Source: Schmidtea nova | Taxonomy: Eukaryota | Length of the DNA: 64,000 bases | Assembly (NCBI GenBank): GCA_044892505.1 | Contig: CM097882.1 | Location: 153,202,001 to 153,266,000, forward strand | Reading direction: 5' to 3' | Shown here: in pieces, positions 9,423 through 21,318 of the stretch | How positions within the stretch are numbered: position 1 is the first letter of the stretch | How the letters are laid out: every line of letters begins with the position of its first letter | Notes under the pieces: generated by a model | What the model was told of the DNA's origin: nothing | Database searches by the model: none | What the model saw: the letters and a program-made list of their open reading frames with translations, nothing else | Program-made: the position numbers and the translations under genes

Positions 9423-10046
9423 TTAACTTTGTTTATAAACCATGGCTCCTTCTTTGTTAAAAATATCGGTTCTAACACGTAATTCATCACTACATTGTTG
9501 AGTATAGTCAAGAAAAATATAACCATGTGGGACTTTAGTTGCATCTTGAAATGCATTGATCAAAAAATTTCGATTATTAGGGTAAGCCTGTCTTGCAAGA
9601 AAATCAATAACTGTGGCATCTCTAGGATTTTTAAAAATAACTAGATATTGAACATTTAAATTTCGAGTCCGATGACTGCCACCCTGATGAAATAAATTTT
9701 GAGTAATAAAAATAATTGTAACACCCTTGTGTCTTGCGATTTTTGTAAATAAATTATTAAAATCCTTTTCTTTATTTGCTTCTTGATACAAATCATCGAT
9801 AATAATCACATCACCACTTCGTAATCTAGACGACCAGTTTTTTTCAAATCCCTTTATTATTGTCATTTTAATCTTGCAGAATTGATCTTGAGTCATTCCA
9901 TGTTCATCATCAGCTCCCCTATGCCAATAAATTTTGTTAAACTTTGATTTGAATAATTTTGATTGTAATAATTTACAAACAAATAATGTTTTTCCACTTC
10001 CACTTGGACCTACAATTTGATAAACTGCATCATTTCTTAATTCCAT
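9423..10046 (-). CDS. A32/FtsK-like genome-packaging ATPase
   Basis: Walker A GPSGSGKT, Walker B IIIDD, ARHKG..IIFITQNLF and YLVIFKNPRD. First ATG is at 10046. Confidence 0.95.
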   Translation of the reverse strand: MELRNDAVYQIVGPSGSGKTLFVCKLLQSKLFKSKFNKIYWHRGADDEHGMTQDQFCKIKMTIIKGFEKNWSSRLRSGDVIIIDDLYQEANKEKDFNNLFTKIARHKGVTIIFITQNLFHQGGSHRTRNLNVQYLVIFKNPRDATVIDFLARQAYPNNRNFLINAFQDATKVPHGYIFLDYTQQCSDELRVRTDIFNKEGAMVYKQS

Positions 10047-10141
10047 TTTCAAATATTAATTGTTTATTGTTATTGTTTATATTTGTTTAAATTCATTATT
10101 TTACTTTTATCAAAATTATTTGAAAAATACTCAGTTAAATA

Positions 10142-10612
10142 ATGTTAAGCAACATAAATTACAAAGGCAGATGTTGTGTTTCCCATATGAAATTTCCAAA
10201 TGGTAAACCACAACAAATTGTGGATAGGAGTGGAAAGTATCCAATTATATTTTTCAAGTCAGGGAAATGTAGAATAATGGGATGTAAACAGTCTCTTAAA
10301 CCTGAAGATTTATTTTACGAAATAAATGATTTGCAAATACAATCAATTACAGTTACTACAGATATTGGAAATTGTGTCAATCTACACGAATTATCAAGAA
10401 ACATTGATTGTCTATTTGAACCAGAAATATTTCCGGCATTGAGATATACTAAGTATAACCCTTTATGTGTTAATATATTCAACAGTGGTAAAGTAGTTAT
10501 ACTTGGTATAAAAACATTAAACTATCAGGATTTGATTGATGAAATTATTAACGACATCAAATCAGTGATTGATGACGTGGAAATTTTGAATTTTTTATTA
10601 CTCATTGTATAA
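10142..10612 (+). CDS. TATA-binding-protein-like protein encoded inside the Maverick
   Basis: Two TBP half-repeats: IIFFKSGKCRIMG (cf. LIFSSGKMVCTG) and IQSITVTTDIG...NLHEL...FEPEIFPALRY...VNIFNSGKVVILG (cf. IQNMVGSCDV...YEPELFPGLIY...LIFVSGKVVLTG). Confidence 0.85.
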   Translation: MLSNINYKGRCCVSHMKFPNGKPQQIVDRSGKYPIIFFKSGKCRIMGCKQSLKPEDLFYEINDLQIQSITVTTDIGNCVNLHELSRNIDCLFEPEIFPALRYTKYNPLCVNIFNSGKVVILGIKTLNYQDLIDEIINDIKSVIDDVEILNFLLLIV

Positions 10613-10786
10613 TTACATAATAAAATACTTGATTTTGATTGGTTGACGGTGTGTTGAAATATTTAGTATATAACGCAGTTAATTTCATTAGATTTATATC
10701 AACAAAATGTCTTTAAATATGTCTAATGGTAAGAATCGATTATTTTATAGATATTTTTAACATTTTCATTCGTTTAAGATAAACTG

Positions 10787-11056
10787 ATGAGTGTTCTCAT
10801 TTCAAAGATGGAGGATCTATACCCTAAACTGATGCGAGAACTTGTATATTGTGCTCCGGAGCTCCTGCCATATAAGATTCAAGCTATTACCGGCATCGAT
10901 CTTAATGAAGTCCTGGCAGAACATCTACACAACTTAGATGATGATCTACCGAGCTGCAGCGCAAACATTGTCTGTGCATATAGATGTGATAGTTGTCTCT
11001 ATAGGACACAGAAATATCACAAGTGGCTACTACGAAAAGAACTTAGAAAATTATAA
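10787..11056 (+). CDS. Unknown 89-aa protein with Cys cluster (CSANIVCAYRCDSC)
   Basis: ATG-initiated ORF with higher GC than its flanks, inside the element and co-oriented with the TBP-like gene. Confidence 0.55.
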   Translation: MSVLISKMEDLYPKLMRELVYCAPELLPYKIQAITGIDLNEVLAEHLHNLDDDLPSCSANIVCAYRCDSCLYRTQKYHKWLLRKELRKL

Positions 11057-11508
11057 TTATTAATTTTATGGTAATAAATGTTTAGAAAGTGTTATAGTGT
11101 TTAATATTTGTTTACAACCTATTTTTATTGTTTAAGTCTTGTATGACTTTATTTAAGAGTTTTATATCATTGTTTTATTAGTGGAAAATAAAATTTATTT
11201 CTAGAAATTGAATTTATTGATGTAGTCATTTTAGTAATTTTTATTGGTGGAAAATTAAAAAAGTAATTTTAGGAATTAGTTTTTATATTTGTTTTATAAT
11301 TATTAAACTCATTGAAACTATATTTAAAAAATCATTAGCAATAGAGATGCAAAACATATGCAAAACATGTGCATGACATTAGTCATGAATGCACACAAAG
11401 GTCATGAACTTGCAAACATAATGTGTAATTCATATGAACGAATTTCATTGGATGCACACAAAAAATAACGAGTATAAATACAAGGATAAATTTATATATC
11501 ATCATAAA

Positions 11509-11958
11509 ATGCAATCTGTTTTCAGTTTCCAGAAATCAAGCCCAATCAAGAAAATATTTGAGGAGTCGAATGAAAATTCAAAGAAAATTAAACCAAATGT
11601 CAAACCCGTTCAAATGTTTCATGAACATCAAATGTTTTTCTTGGAAAAGGAAATTGAATTCAAATTCATTCATCCAGTTAATTTAGTCAAGTCACAATAT
11701 TCAAATTTTATGGGGAAAATATATAAACAAGATGTTGTTGCTGTTAATAAAGTTCTGATGAAAATCAATAAAAATTTGACATGTAATGAAAATGTATTCT
11801 TCAACAATCGTAACAGCCGATATCATGATGACTTTCAACCAATAGAATATAAAGATCATGAAAATTGGTTTATTTCTATTACAATTCAAGGATATAAAAT
11901 AGATGCTAAGGATGTTATGTCACCCATTTGGAGAATCGATAGCGCTAGACTTGCTTAA
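11509..11958 (+). CDS. Unknown Maverick protein (~149 aa), possibly an OB-fold ssDNA-binding protein
   Basis: Open ORF. The start is placed at ATG 11509 because the relic paralog shares atcataaaATG and a TATAAATA box lies at 11473-11480. The C-terminal ISITIQGYK...SPIWRI is reminiscent of viral SSB OB-fold ends (weak inference). Confidence 0.65.
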   Translation: MQSVFSFQKSSPIKKIFEESNENSKKIKPNVKPVQMFHEHQMFFLEKEIEFKFIHPVNLVKSQYSNFMGKIYKQDVVAVNKVLMKINKNLTCNENVFFNNRNSRYHDDFQPIEYKDHENWFISITIQGYKIDAKDVMSPIWRIDSARLA

Positions 11959-12329
11959 AATTTTTAATATATTTTTAATAAATGTTTAGTATATTTCATT
12001 TGTTGTCTTTTAAATAGTGAGCTGTGTATTTCTTTTATAGTTAACAGTGGTAAATATAGTGACTTGTGGTTCTTATATATAATAATAATTTGTATTATAT
12101 ATAATTATTATTATATAATAATAATAATTGCCAAATAATCGAAATATAATTTGTAATATAATAATTATATATAATAATAATGTGATAATTTTATTGTACT
12201 GTGAAGTAATTGTTTTAAGAATTAATAAATCTACTATTAAAATTGTAAGGTAAATAATTTTTTATTGTGCTAAATTTTTATTAACATTGAAAAATGAAGT
12301 TCTCGAAATACTTACCACAAATCATGCGA

Positions 12330-12965
12330 GTATCTAGATAATAATGTAATAGAAAAAATTCGCTAAATATTTTGGTTTTTTAACACCACTTTGACATTGA
12401 AAATATTTTGATTTTTAACACCACTTGAAAACAAAATGGCCGACTCAAAATGGCCGATTCAAAATGGCCGACAATATTTTGATTTTTAACACCACTTGAA
12501 AACAAAATGGCCGATTCAAAATGGCCGACAATATTTTGATTTTTAACACCACTTGAAAAACAAAATGGCCGGTTCAAAATGGCCGACAATATTTTGATTT
12601 TTAACACCACTTTGACCTTGAAATTCAAAATGGCGTAGAAAATTAACGTTAAAATTCAAAATGGCGTAGAAAATTAACTTTAAAATTCAAAATGGCGTAG
12701 TAAATTAACCTTAAAATTCAAAATGGCGTAGAAAATTAACTTTAAAATTCAAAATGGCGTAGAAAATTAACCTTAAAATTCAAAATGACGTACAAAATTA
12801 ACTTTAAAATTCAAAATGGCGTAAAACTTTGACCTTAAAATTCAAAATGGCGTAAAAATGTGACCTTAAAATTCAAAAATTTTAAAAAAAAAATTTAAAA
12901 AAATTCGGGGGGGGGGGTAGGGGGAGGGGGGCACTGGTGGTGTAGATAGCCCATATGGTACTTCT
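12330..12965 (-). repeat. Right terminal inverted repeat of the Maverick
   Basis: Reverse complement of the left TIR, with fewer repeat units. It has a G-tract at 12907-12931, and the terminus reads AGAAGT instead of AGTAGT. Confidence 0.95.
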
Positions 12966-13118
12966 GACGTCAATAATGACGTTATAAAAAAATATTAAAA
13001 AAATTTTGTGGGATGAGGGGTGTGCAAATATAATTATTAAAGGGACTCGAGTTATGGAAGAGGCTCGCTCGATTTTCATTGGTTATGAGTCATCGATGGC
13101 GTCATTTGATTTGTCGTA

Positions 13119-13169
<51 letters not shown>

Positions 13170-14058
13170 TCTCCGCTCTAGACTATTTTGTGCTTAACTT
13201 GTTTCTTATTTCCCCTTTTTATTTACGCTTTAAAGAAGAGTCATATTTTATGGAGGGGGAATAGTCTGACCAAGAATGTACTTAAAATGTAGAGACAACT
13301 ATATATGTATTTAAAATCGATGGACACTGGAAATTATTCAATAAATAAGTTTTTTTTAAAGATTATTCGCGTTATTTAAAGGATCTTACTTTTGATATAT
13401 TTAACCTGATATTTGTTAAATTAAATTTATATCAATTGTAATGATAAAGTTCTTAAGGCGCCAGATAAGAGTGCTATTTCTATTGAATTCTTTAAAAACC
13501 TTTAAGGTGCCTTATTGTTTGTCGATATCAAAGAATATTAAAATATAATAATATAATTAAAAATGGTTAACCTTTCTTAGCAATTAATAATATTTTCATT
13601 GAAAATATTATTCTGTTTAAATTAATAGAAAGACCAACAACTCTTAATCATATCAACAAATTTCATATTTACAGCAACATTGGAAAATAATTTGATTTTT
13701 GTTGTAAAGATTTATTTTATTATAATAAAAATAAATTGCTTTCAATTAACTTTTTCAAATTGAAGGTTTTTATAGCATTTTGTTCAAAATAAGAGCAGTA
13801 CAAAAATATAAAATGTAAAATCTTTAAGAATCCTTTTATTTAATTGTCTTTAAAAAATTTTAGGTTGTTTTCTTTTCCGTTTCAATCTGAAATTTCCAAG
13901 TTTATTTGCCTAACCAAAAACAGTATGTTTTCTTTAATCAGAAATTTTTTGATGACAAAATATTTTTCTGATAAGCAAAATTTTAAATCATATTATAACA
14001 TTTATAATGAAAAGAAATAAATATAAATTTTATTGTAGAATTGTTTAAATATATATTA

Positions 14059-14911
14059 CAGTGTACTCTCGATTATCCGTTCATGGATTATTCGGTTTTC
14101 GCATTATTCGTGCCTGAAAATAAATATTTGTTAATTCAAATTTAATTTGATTGATTTTTTTCTATTACGATTATAAGACGCATTATACATGGGATAGCAC
14201 AATCTTGGTCAAAAGTAAAACCAGTAACACTTCTTCGATCATAGAGAAAGATTCTTTCTGACATAGAAAATGATTTAATGGATTTGGAAAAGAATGAAGA
14301 AAGTTTCGTATTTGAAATGTGTGGATTATTTAAATTTTAAAATTTAAATTTTTTTGAAGACGTAGAAAAGGAAAACACAGAGGAGTGGCTCAATCATGAT
14401 TTAAATGATCCAGGCTTTGAACGCATGGACGATCCTGATATCGTTTTTCTTGTTACTCAAAAGGAAGAAAATGATATTAATACTACAAGCGAAGAAGATA
14501 CCAGTGGCTACGTTAGTCATAAAACGGCATTGAATTTTATTGAAACATTGCTAGATTACGCTGAACAAAGGGAACTGAATATAATAATGTAATAGCTTTA
14601 AGAATTTTTCGAAGTGAAATAAGAAATTCGTTTAAAAATCTCAAAAACAAATGAAAATAACTGAATTTTTTTAATTTGTGTACATATAAAAGTATAATCT
14701 TTTATTATATTTTTATGTTCATATATATGATAAAATATTATATTTTTACTTATTTGTTTGTGTTTTTTGATAAATAATGAATATGAAAATAGTGTGTTAA
14801 AGATTTGTGTTGTGTATATGATATTATATTCAAAAACTCTGATTATCCGTGTTTTTCAATTATCCTTGATCATCCTCCCCAGCATTAGCCCGGATAATCG
14901 AGAGTGCACTG
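14059..14911 (+). mobile_element. Tigger/pogo-like non-autonomous DNA transposon
   Basis: TA|CAGTGTACTCTCGATTATCCG ... CGGATAATCGAGAGTGCACTG|TA. It holds a decayed transposase C-terminus (EWLNHDLNDPGFERMDDPDIV, VSHKTALNFIETLLDYAEQ). Confidence 0.85.
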
Positions 14912-16172
14912 TATTATTTTATTAAATGAATAAACTATTTACTAATTTGGAAAATTTATTTTTTTCTAATTAATAGTTTTCTCTAACAAAATATTTTTAA
15001 AAACAATTTATTTATTCATTGTTTTCAAAAACTTTAGGATTTTTATTTTTTTATTAAAAGATTTGGCGCCCTTCGAAATGCTATTGTATGATTTTGTTAT
15101 AATTATTAATTCCTGCGCATTATAACTTTTACCATTATCAAGTGCATCACTTCATTTGTAATTATTGAAAATGCTTTTCAAAATTCTACTTGTAACTGGT
15201 TTTTTTCAATTAAAATAAAATAAAATAAAATATAATTTATCACTCATCTAAAATTTGGAAAACTATAAAAAACAGAAATTTGAAAATTCTTTTAATCAGT
15301 TTTCTAGTTTTATTATTATAATTTGTTTTTAAAAATAAAATTATTTAGGATTTTATTTTTCTGATTTCTTTTCATTTATTAAATTACTACAAAATCAAAA
15401 AAAAACTTTAAATTCGTGAGCCAATTAAAAAGATTTTTTTTTGATTTATATTCTTTAAAAAATGAAAATTTTTGAAATAGGAAAAGAAAATATCAAAGAT
15501 AAAAAAAGTTATTTTTAATTTATTTAAATAGATTGTCATATTTTAATTTGAAGTTAATTTAAAATAAGTATTTAAAATAATTTATTTTAAATACTTGATA
15601 TTACTCAAAAATAAATAAAATTACTATAATATATTTTTAATTATCTTTATCTAATTATAATTTCTGGAATTTTTTAGAAATGTATTCAAAATTAATTTAT
15701 GAAATTACATTAAAAATATAATAAAAATAAATAAATAAAAATAAAACTCTAATTATTTAAATTGATTTGGGATCTCTTTATTTTTAATCATGCAAATAAA
15801 TGTATTAATTAAAACTTTGATATTACTTTTATTAATTCTAATTTGGAAAACTGATTCCCAGGGTTAGGGGTAGGGGTAAAATGACATTAACGTGAGAAAT
15901 TAACGAAAACAATAATTTAATGGTGATACAAGGTATGCGGGACTACGTGAGGTATCTGAAAAATGTAAAATTAAGAAATTTAGAGTTTTGTATAAAAATA
16001 CAATAACTATTACGAAATTTGTTTATAGATTGTTTATTTATTAAAAATAATTGTCATAATAATTTTACTGAAATTTGTTACTCTATGACTTGATTTTTAT
16101 ATTAACATGTTGCTGTAACAAGTCTTTATATATTTTACAATGGGAGTTGTTTAAAATTTCCAATCATTATTG

Positions 16173-16209
<37 letters not shown>

Positions 16210-16214
<5 letters not shown>

Positions 16215-16401
16215 CTGTTTTACACGAGAGATACGTTCCTAAAAAATTCGTGTAAAAATAGGTATTGGTTGAATGGAAAAATAGTATTGAAAATATATTG
16301 AAAAATATTGAAAATCATGTTGAAACAAAGCAATTCGTGTTAAAAGAGAAAGAAAAATTCTTTTTAATTCATGTTAATCAAATTCGTGTAAAAACAGAAT
16401 T

Positions 16402-16402
<1 letters not shown>
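16210..16402. mobile_element. Small MITE in TA microsatellite
   Basis: TAATTCTGTTTTACACGA ... TCGTGTAAAAACAGAATTA inverted ends, with an internal repeat of AATTCGTG. Confidence 0.55.
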
Positions 16403-16439
<37 letters not shown>

Positions 16440-17536
16440 TTTCAGAGAAAAATATAATTCGAAAAATATTTAAGGCTAGAATGATGTCAATTAATATATT
16501 ATAATAATTTTATTTTAATTAAAATATTCATTTGTATATTGGTTACACAGGTCTAGAGCATATTTCTAATTACTACGTATCATGAGTTATACCACGAAAT
16601 GTTATCCCAATCTTTGTAATTATGACACTGCAGACTACTTGAAATTTAAATTATATAGTGAAAAGAATTTCATATAATACATTTTGAGAGATTTTAAAGT
16701 TAAAGAAAACTTTAAAAAAATAAATAAAATAGCCATTCATAACCTTTGATATCTCAGACAAATCTTTAATATATTGGAACAGCAAATGATATACAATCTT
16801 CAAAGTCTACCCCTATACATGGGTTTTGATATGACGCATACAGTAAAGAACTGCTTGAATTGCATCATACATTGTAGCGAAGCGAATGTTTATAACATTA
16901 CTTGAATGATCTTTTCTGTATTTACTTTTGGATCCAATGAAGCTACAGTACAAAGAACCATATGTTCTTCTGGAACAATTTCTTTTTACTGTAAGATATA
17001 TTATGCCAGTGGTTTCCAAATCCTAATTTGGCACAATACTCTGTTTCTTCGTCCCTATCATAATTATATTTTTTCCGCTGCCAATCATCTGCCAATCAAT
17101 CTTGGTCGACCGACAATAGATAGAGAAACCACCACAGAAATAAAACCTTCCACAATAAAGCATTTCAAATACCTAACTTACACTGTGCAAAACTAATTCA
17201 ATTATTGCCACATAATTTAATTTAATTAATATATTTCAACTAAAAAATAAAAAAATTGCAAATAATCCAATTAAACATTTTATATAGAACTAAGTTTTAT
17301 AGGATTGATCATTAAGTAATAGAATTAACACAATGCTATTTGGTTAGAGTTGAGACGCAGTCAAGTGGGTTAAAGGGTACAATTTCCATGACCGTGACAA
17401 CAGAGTTCGCCAATAAAAATAAATCAAACCATTCAATGATCACCCAATAGTTGTGAAATTAAGATAATTGAAGTTTCAAAACTTAACAATAAAACCTTGG
17501 AATCCCTGTAATGGTTTCCCAGTCATCAGTTTTATA

Positions 17537-17579
<43 letters not shown>

Positions 17580-19194
17580 GTATATCTTACTTAACTTTCA
17601 GTCTGTGCATTTGGTGTCGACTGGACCCCAGTAATTGTAAAATGTGATTCAATACGTTTTACACCAAACAAATATGCCAGTCAACTAGACTTGCTTCAAC
17701 TATGATATTACACACGCATTACTAAAAAGTATATCGAAAGAATATTATGTATTCTAACAGAATATATAAAAATGTATATGTACAAGACAATGGGAAATTT
17801 ACTATGCACAGACTGAGGGTTAATTTCACTTTCTAAACTTTAAAATATTTTTCACTTATTTATTTATTTACATATATATATATTATTAAAAATGCTTAAA
17901 ATTTTATTATTTATTTTCGCTCAAATAACCTGATAAATTAACTGTACAAATTGAGATGATACACANNNNNNNNNNNNNNNNNNNNNNNNNNNNNNNNNNN
18001 NNNNNNNNNNNNNNNNNNNNNNNNNNNNNNNNNNNNNNNNNNNNNNNNNNNNNNNNNNNNNNNNNNNNNNNNNNNNNNNNNNNNNNNNNNNNNNNNNNNN
18101 NNNNNNNNNNNNNNNNNNNNNNTCTGTTTTATTTTTTTCTGAGAACTTGCTTTTCAAAGGTTATAATGAGATTAATAAAACCTTTATTTTCTCAGTTAAT
18201 TTTAACAAAAAATGCCACCAAATAAATTAGTCAACATTCTATTCAAATTATATAAATTAATAAAAATTGTTAATTTCAAAAAAGAAATAAAATGCATCAT
18301 AAGAGATCAAATATTTTTCTTTGAATATTTCATAAACGCCCAAAAGTCTCATCAGAGGGTCCATAAACATGTGAACAGTTACATAACACACTTTAGCGAC
18401 GAATCTGCAAAAAAGAATATATTGTATTTTAAATACAACTGCTTAAATTTGGTTTTTATTTCAGTTGTTTACTTCTTATTTGTCATTTTTGCACAAATTG
18501 CAATAAATCGTTCTTTGAGGACTTGGGTTAAATTTATATAAAATAATTTGAGTAATTTTTAATCAATTTTCTTTCATTTATATTCTCTAAATTTATATAC
18601 TAATTTTCCTTTATTCGCATGAACGTTCTGAAAATTCATTTCTGTCATTTTATCAACTGCTTCAAAAGCACGCAATTTTCCTTTTCTTTGGAAAAAGTGA
18701 AAATTTGCTTNNNNNNNNNNNNNNNNNNNNNNNNNNNNNNNNNNNNNNNNNNNNNNNNNNNNNNNNNNNNNNNNNNNNNNNNNNNNNNNNNNNNNNNNNN
18801 NNNNNNNNNNNNNNNNNNNNNNNNNNNNNNNNNNNNNNNNNNNNNNNNNNNNNATTGCAGATAAGAAGAAATGTGCAATAAACATTTATTTAAAAAAAAT
18901 CTTCTTTCGCTGGTTAAAATTTTGCTTCTAGTAAAAATGTTAAAATTCTTCTGCGTTGTAACTTTTCTGAGTTTTCCAATTTTCTGCGTTTATAAATTTT
19001 CTGCGTTTATAAATTTTCTGCATTATAAATTTTTTGCGTTTTAAATTTCAAATCAATTATAAATTTCTTGCGTTTTGGATTTCAAATCAGATATCATTTT
19101 TTATTCTTTTAAACAAACTTTTTTTATAAATATCTGTTTTTTTTAATATAGATATGTAAATATAATATATTAAATTAGTTAAAATATAAATAAT

Positions 19195-19247
<53 letters not shown>

Positions 19248-20410
19248 CGGAGGCACTAGAATATATATATATGTGTGTGTGTACGCTAAAAGTAATTTTC
19301 ATTCCAAATATAAATTGAAACTTCGTAATTTATAAATGTTATCATTATAATATTTGATATTGTATGCGAAATAATCATATGATTGTTTGTCCAACTGTCA
19401 TTTCCCTTATATTTCATATGGAATGAAATATGCCATATATCATGATGTCTCTCATAATTAATAACTGAGGTGGCGAGGTTTTAACTTAATTATGTTATTT
19501 TCTAAAAGTATTTGCATACACTGTTTTATTATATATAAATAAACATAAATTAGCAATTTTGGACTTAAAGACATTTTAAATTCACTATTCGCATCTTGCA
19601 TTTGCTCACTTGGGCTCTGACCTCAAGGTTTTCCTTGAATATTAATTGTTTTAATTTGTTATAATACTTAATTGAGTTTTTAATTAATCTTGATATTTCT
19701 GTGCAAAAAATAATAGGGAAAAAGGAATTTTATAAAGTGATTATTTAAAACAACAAAAACGTTATTATAGTTTTATCGGATGATTGATTGTATTATTCTT
19801 TTTAATTTGAAAATTAATTACATAGCTCTAAAGAAAAAAATAAAATTTTAAAATTCTCTCGTTAATTACTGTCAAATCCAAATTCAATAATTAAATTCAC
19901 AATTTGTTTAAACGATTTTGAAATGAAATTTTCCATTATTTAATTAGGGTTTTTGTGAAAGATTTAGAAATTAATTACTTATTAAAATGTAATTAACACA
20001 AATTTAATTATTCATTTCAACTACAGAAAATGTAATTATTTAAGAATATGATGAATTATTATTCATTCGGCATTCACCATTTATTAATGTTTAAATTAAT
20101 GAATTTAAATTATTATTCTCAGGTACATTACGAATATTAATTGTATAAATAATAAAAGATAAAGAGGATTAAATTTTTAAAGACTCCTTAAAATTAATAA
20201 TAAATAAAAATTATTTAAACACATTTTAATGATTCTAAATGAAATATCTTACCGATAAAATCAAAATAAATATTATTATATACATTTTTTATTTAAAAAT
20301 TCTTTATTTTTAACAAAGTTATTTTAATTATATTTTGAAAAACAAATAAAAATTTTATTAGTAATAATAATAATAGTAGTAATAATAATAATTATTGTTA
20401 TTTTTATTAT

Positions 20411-21318
20411 TAAAAACAAACGCCAATCCAAAATTATATTCTGCAAAATATATTTCGAGAACTTAATTCTCTTCATCAGGTGCTGCTCAATCTTCCATTC
20501 AAATATAAATTAAATAAATCAATTTATCAAACAAATTAATATTAATTTTTAAAATAAAATATATAATATAAATTTTATATGATAGTCAAAGAATTTAAAA
20601 CGATTAAAAATTTTTTTTAATTTAAATAAATTAATCATAAAAATATAATACTTTTTTTACAAAAAAATATTTTTTTAAGAGTATATTATAAATATTTTCA
20701 TATTTATAAACAACTGTATTCGAGTTTCAGAGTGGAGTCAATTAATGGGATTTAGAGTTGTTTTCAGTCATATCGATGTTTGTGAATATGTGAGTGTGCG
20801 AGTTTTGAGTGCGTGTGTTTGCCTCATTTTTTGCGGTTTGTGATTGTTGATAATGTTTATTTTCTTCTTTTGATTTGTGTTCAATACTCGTTTAATATTT
20901 CAAATGTCATGGGCGTAATGCCACATACTTTGAACAAGACTGGCCGCCTTTTCTGTACTCGAGTATTAGAGCATTTTCAATTGAGGATTATGGATTTTGT
21001 TTTCGATCATTCTGTTGTTTATAAATATAAAAATATTTATAAAATATTCTAAAAAAAATATTTTTTTGTAAAAAAAGTATTATATTTTTAAGATTAATTT
21101 ATTTAAATTAAAAAAAATTTAATCGTTTTAAATTTTTCTACTATCATATAAAATTTATATTATATATTTTTTATTTAAAAAAATTAATATTAATTTGTTT
21201 GATAAATTGATTTATTTGATTTATATTTGAATGGAAGATTGAGTAGCACCTGATGAAGAGAATTAAGTTCTCGAAATATATTGTGCAGAATATATATTTG
21301 GATTGGCGTTTGTTTTTA
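20411..21318. repeat. Foldback-type element with ~300-bp inverted arms around a ~300-bp spacer
   Basis: 20411-20714 is the near-perfect reverse complement of 21014-21318. The spacer/arm sequence recurs, diverged, at ~48370-48570. Confidence 0.75.

Larger units (their letters stand above)
2076..12965. mobile_element. Maverick/Polinton (adintovirus-like) endogenous virus, ~10.9 kb, lacking a protein-primed DNA polymerase B gene
   Basis: Left end is AGTAGTACCATATGGGCTATCTACACCACCAGTGCCCC (2076). Right end is the inverse, ...GCACTGGTGGTGTAGATAGCCCATATGGTACTTCT (12965). GACGTC flanks both sides (2070-2075, 12966-12971), a 6-bp TSD typical of Polintons. It contains integrase, A32-like ATPase, major and minor capsid and adenain genes. 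Confidence 0.95.

Noticed and set aside
3325-12330. Search for a pPolB gene or remnant
   Set aside because: I saw no exonuclease or polymerase motifs (DxE, YGDTDS-like) in any ORF, and the remaining intergenic stretches (11060-11430, 11960-12330) are short and extremely AT-rich. A profile search is still needed to exclude tiny remnants.
13450-13475. TAAGGCGCCAGA resembling the tRNA-Leu D-arm/anticodon stem
   Set aside because: About 12 nt of match only, with no cloverleaf around it; probably chance or a transposon end.
16800-17720. Higher-GC stretches with short ORFs (16813-17019, 16906-17196, ~17590-17720)
   Set aside because: No recognisable motifs; likely decayed repeat sequence, unclassifiable by eye.
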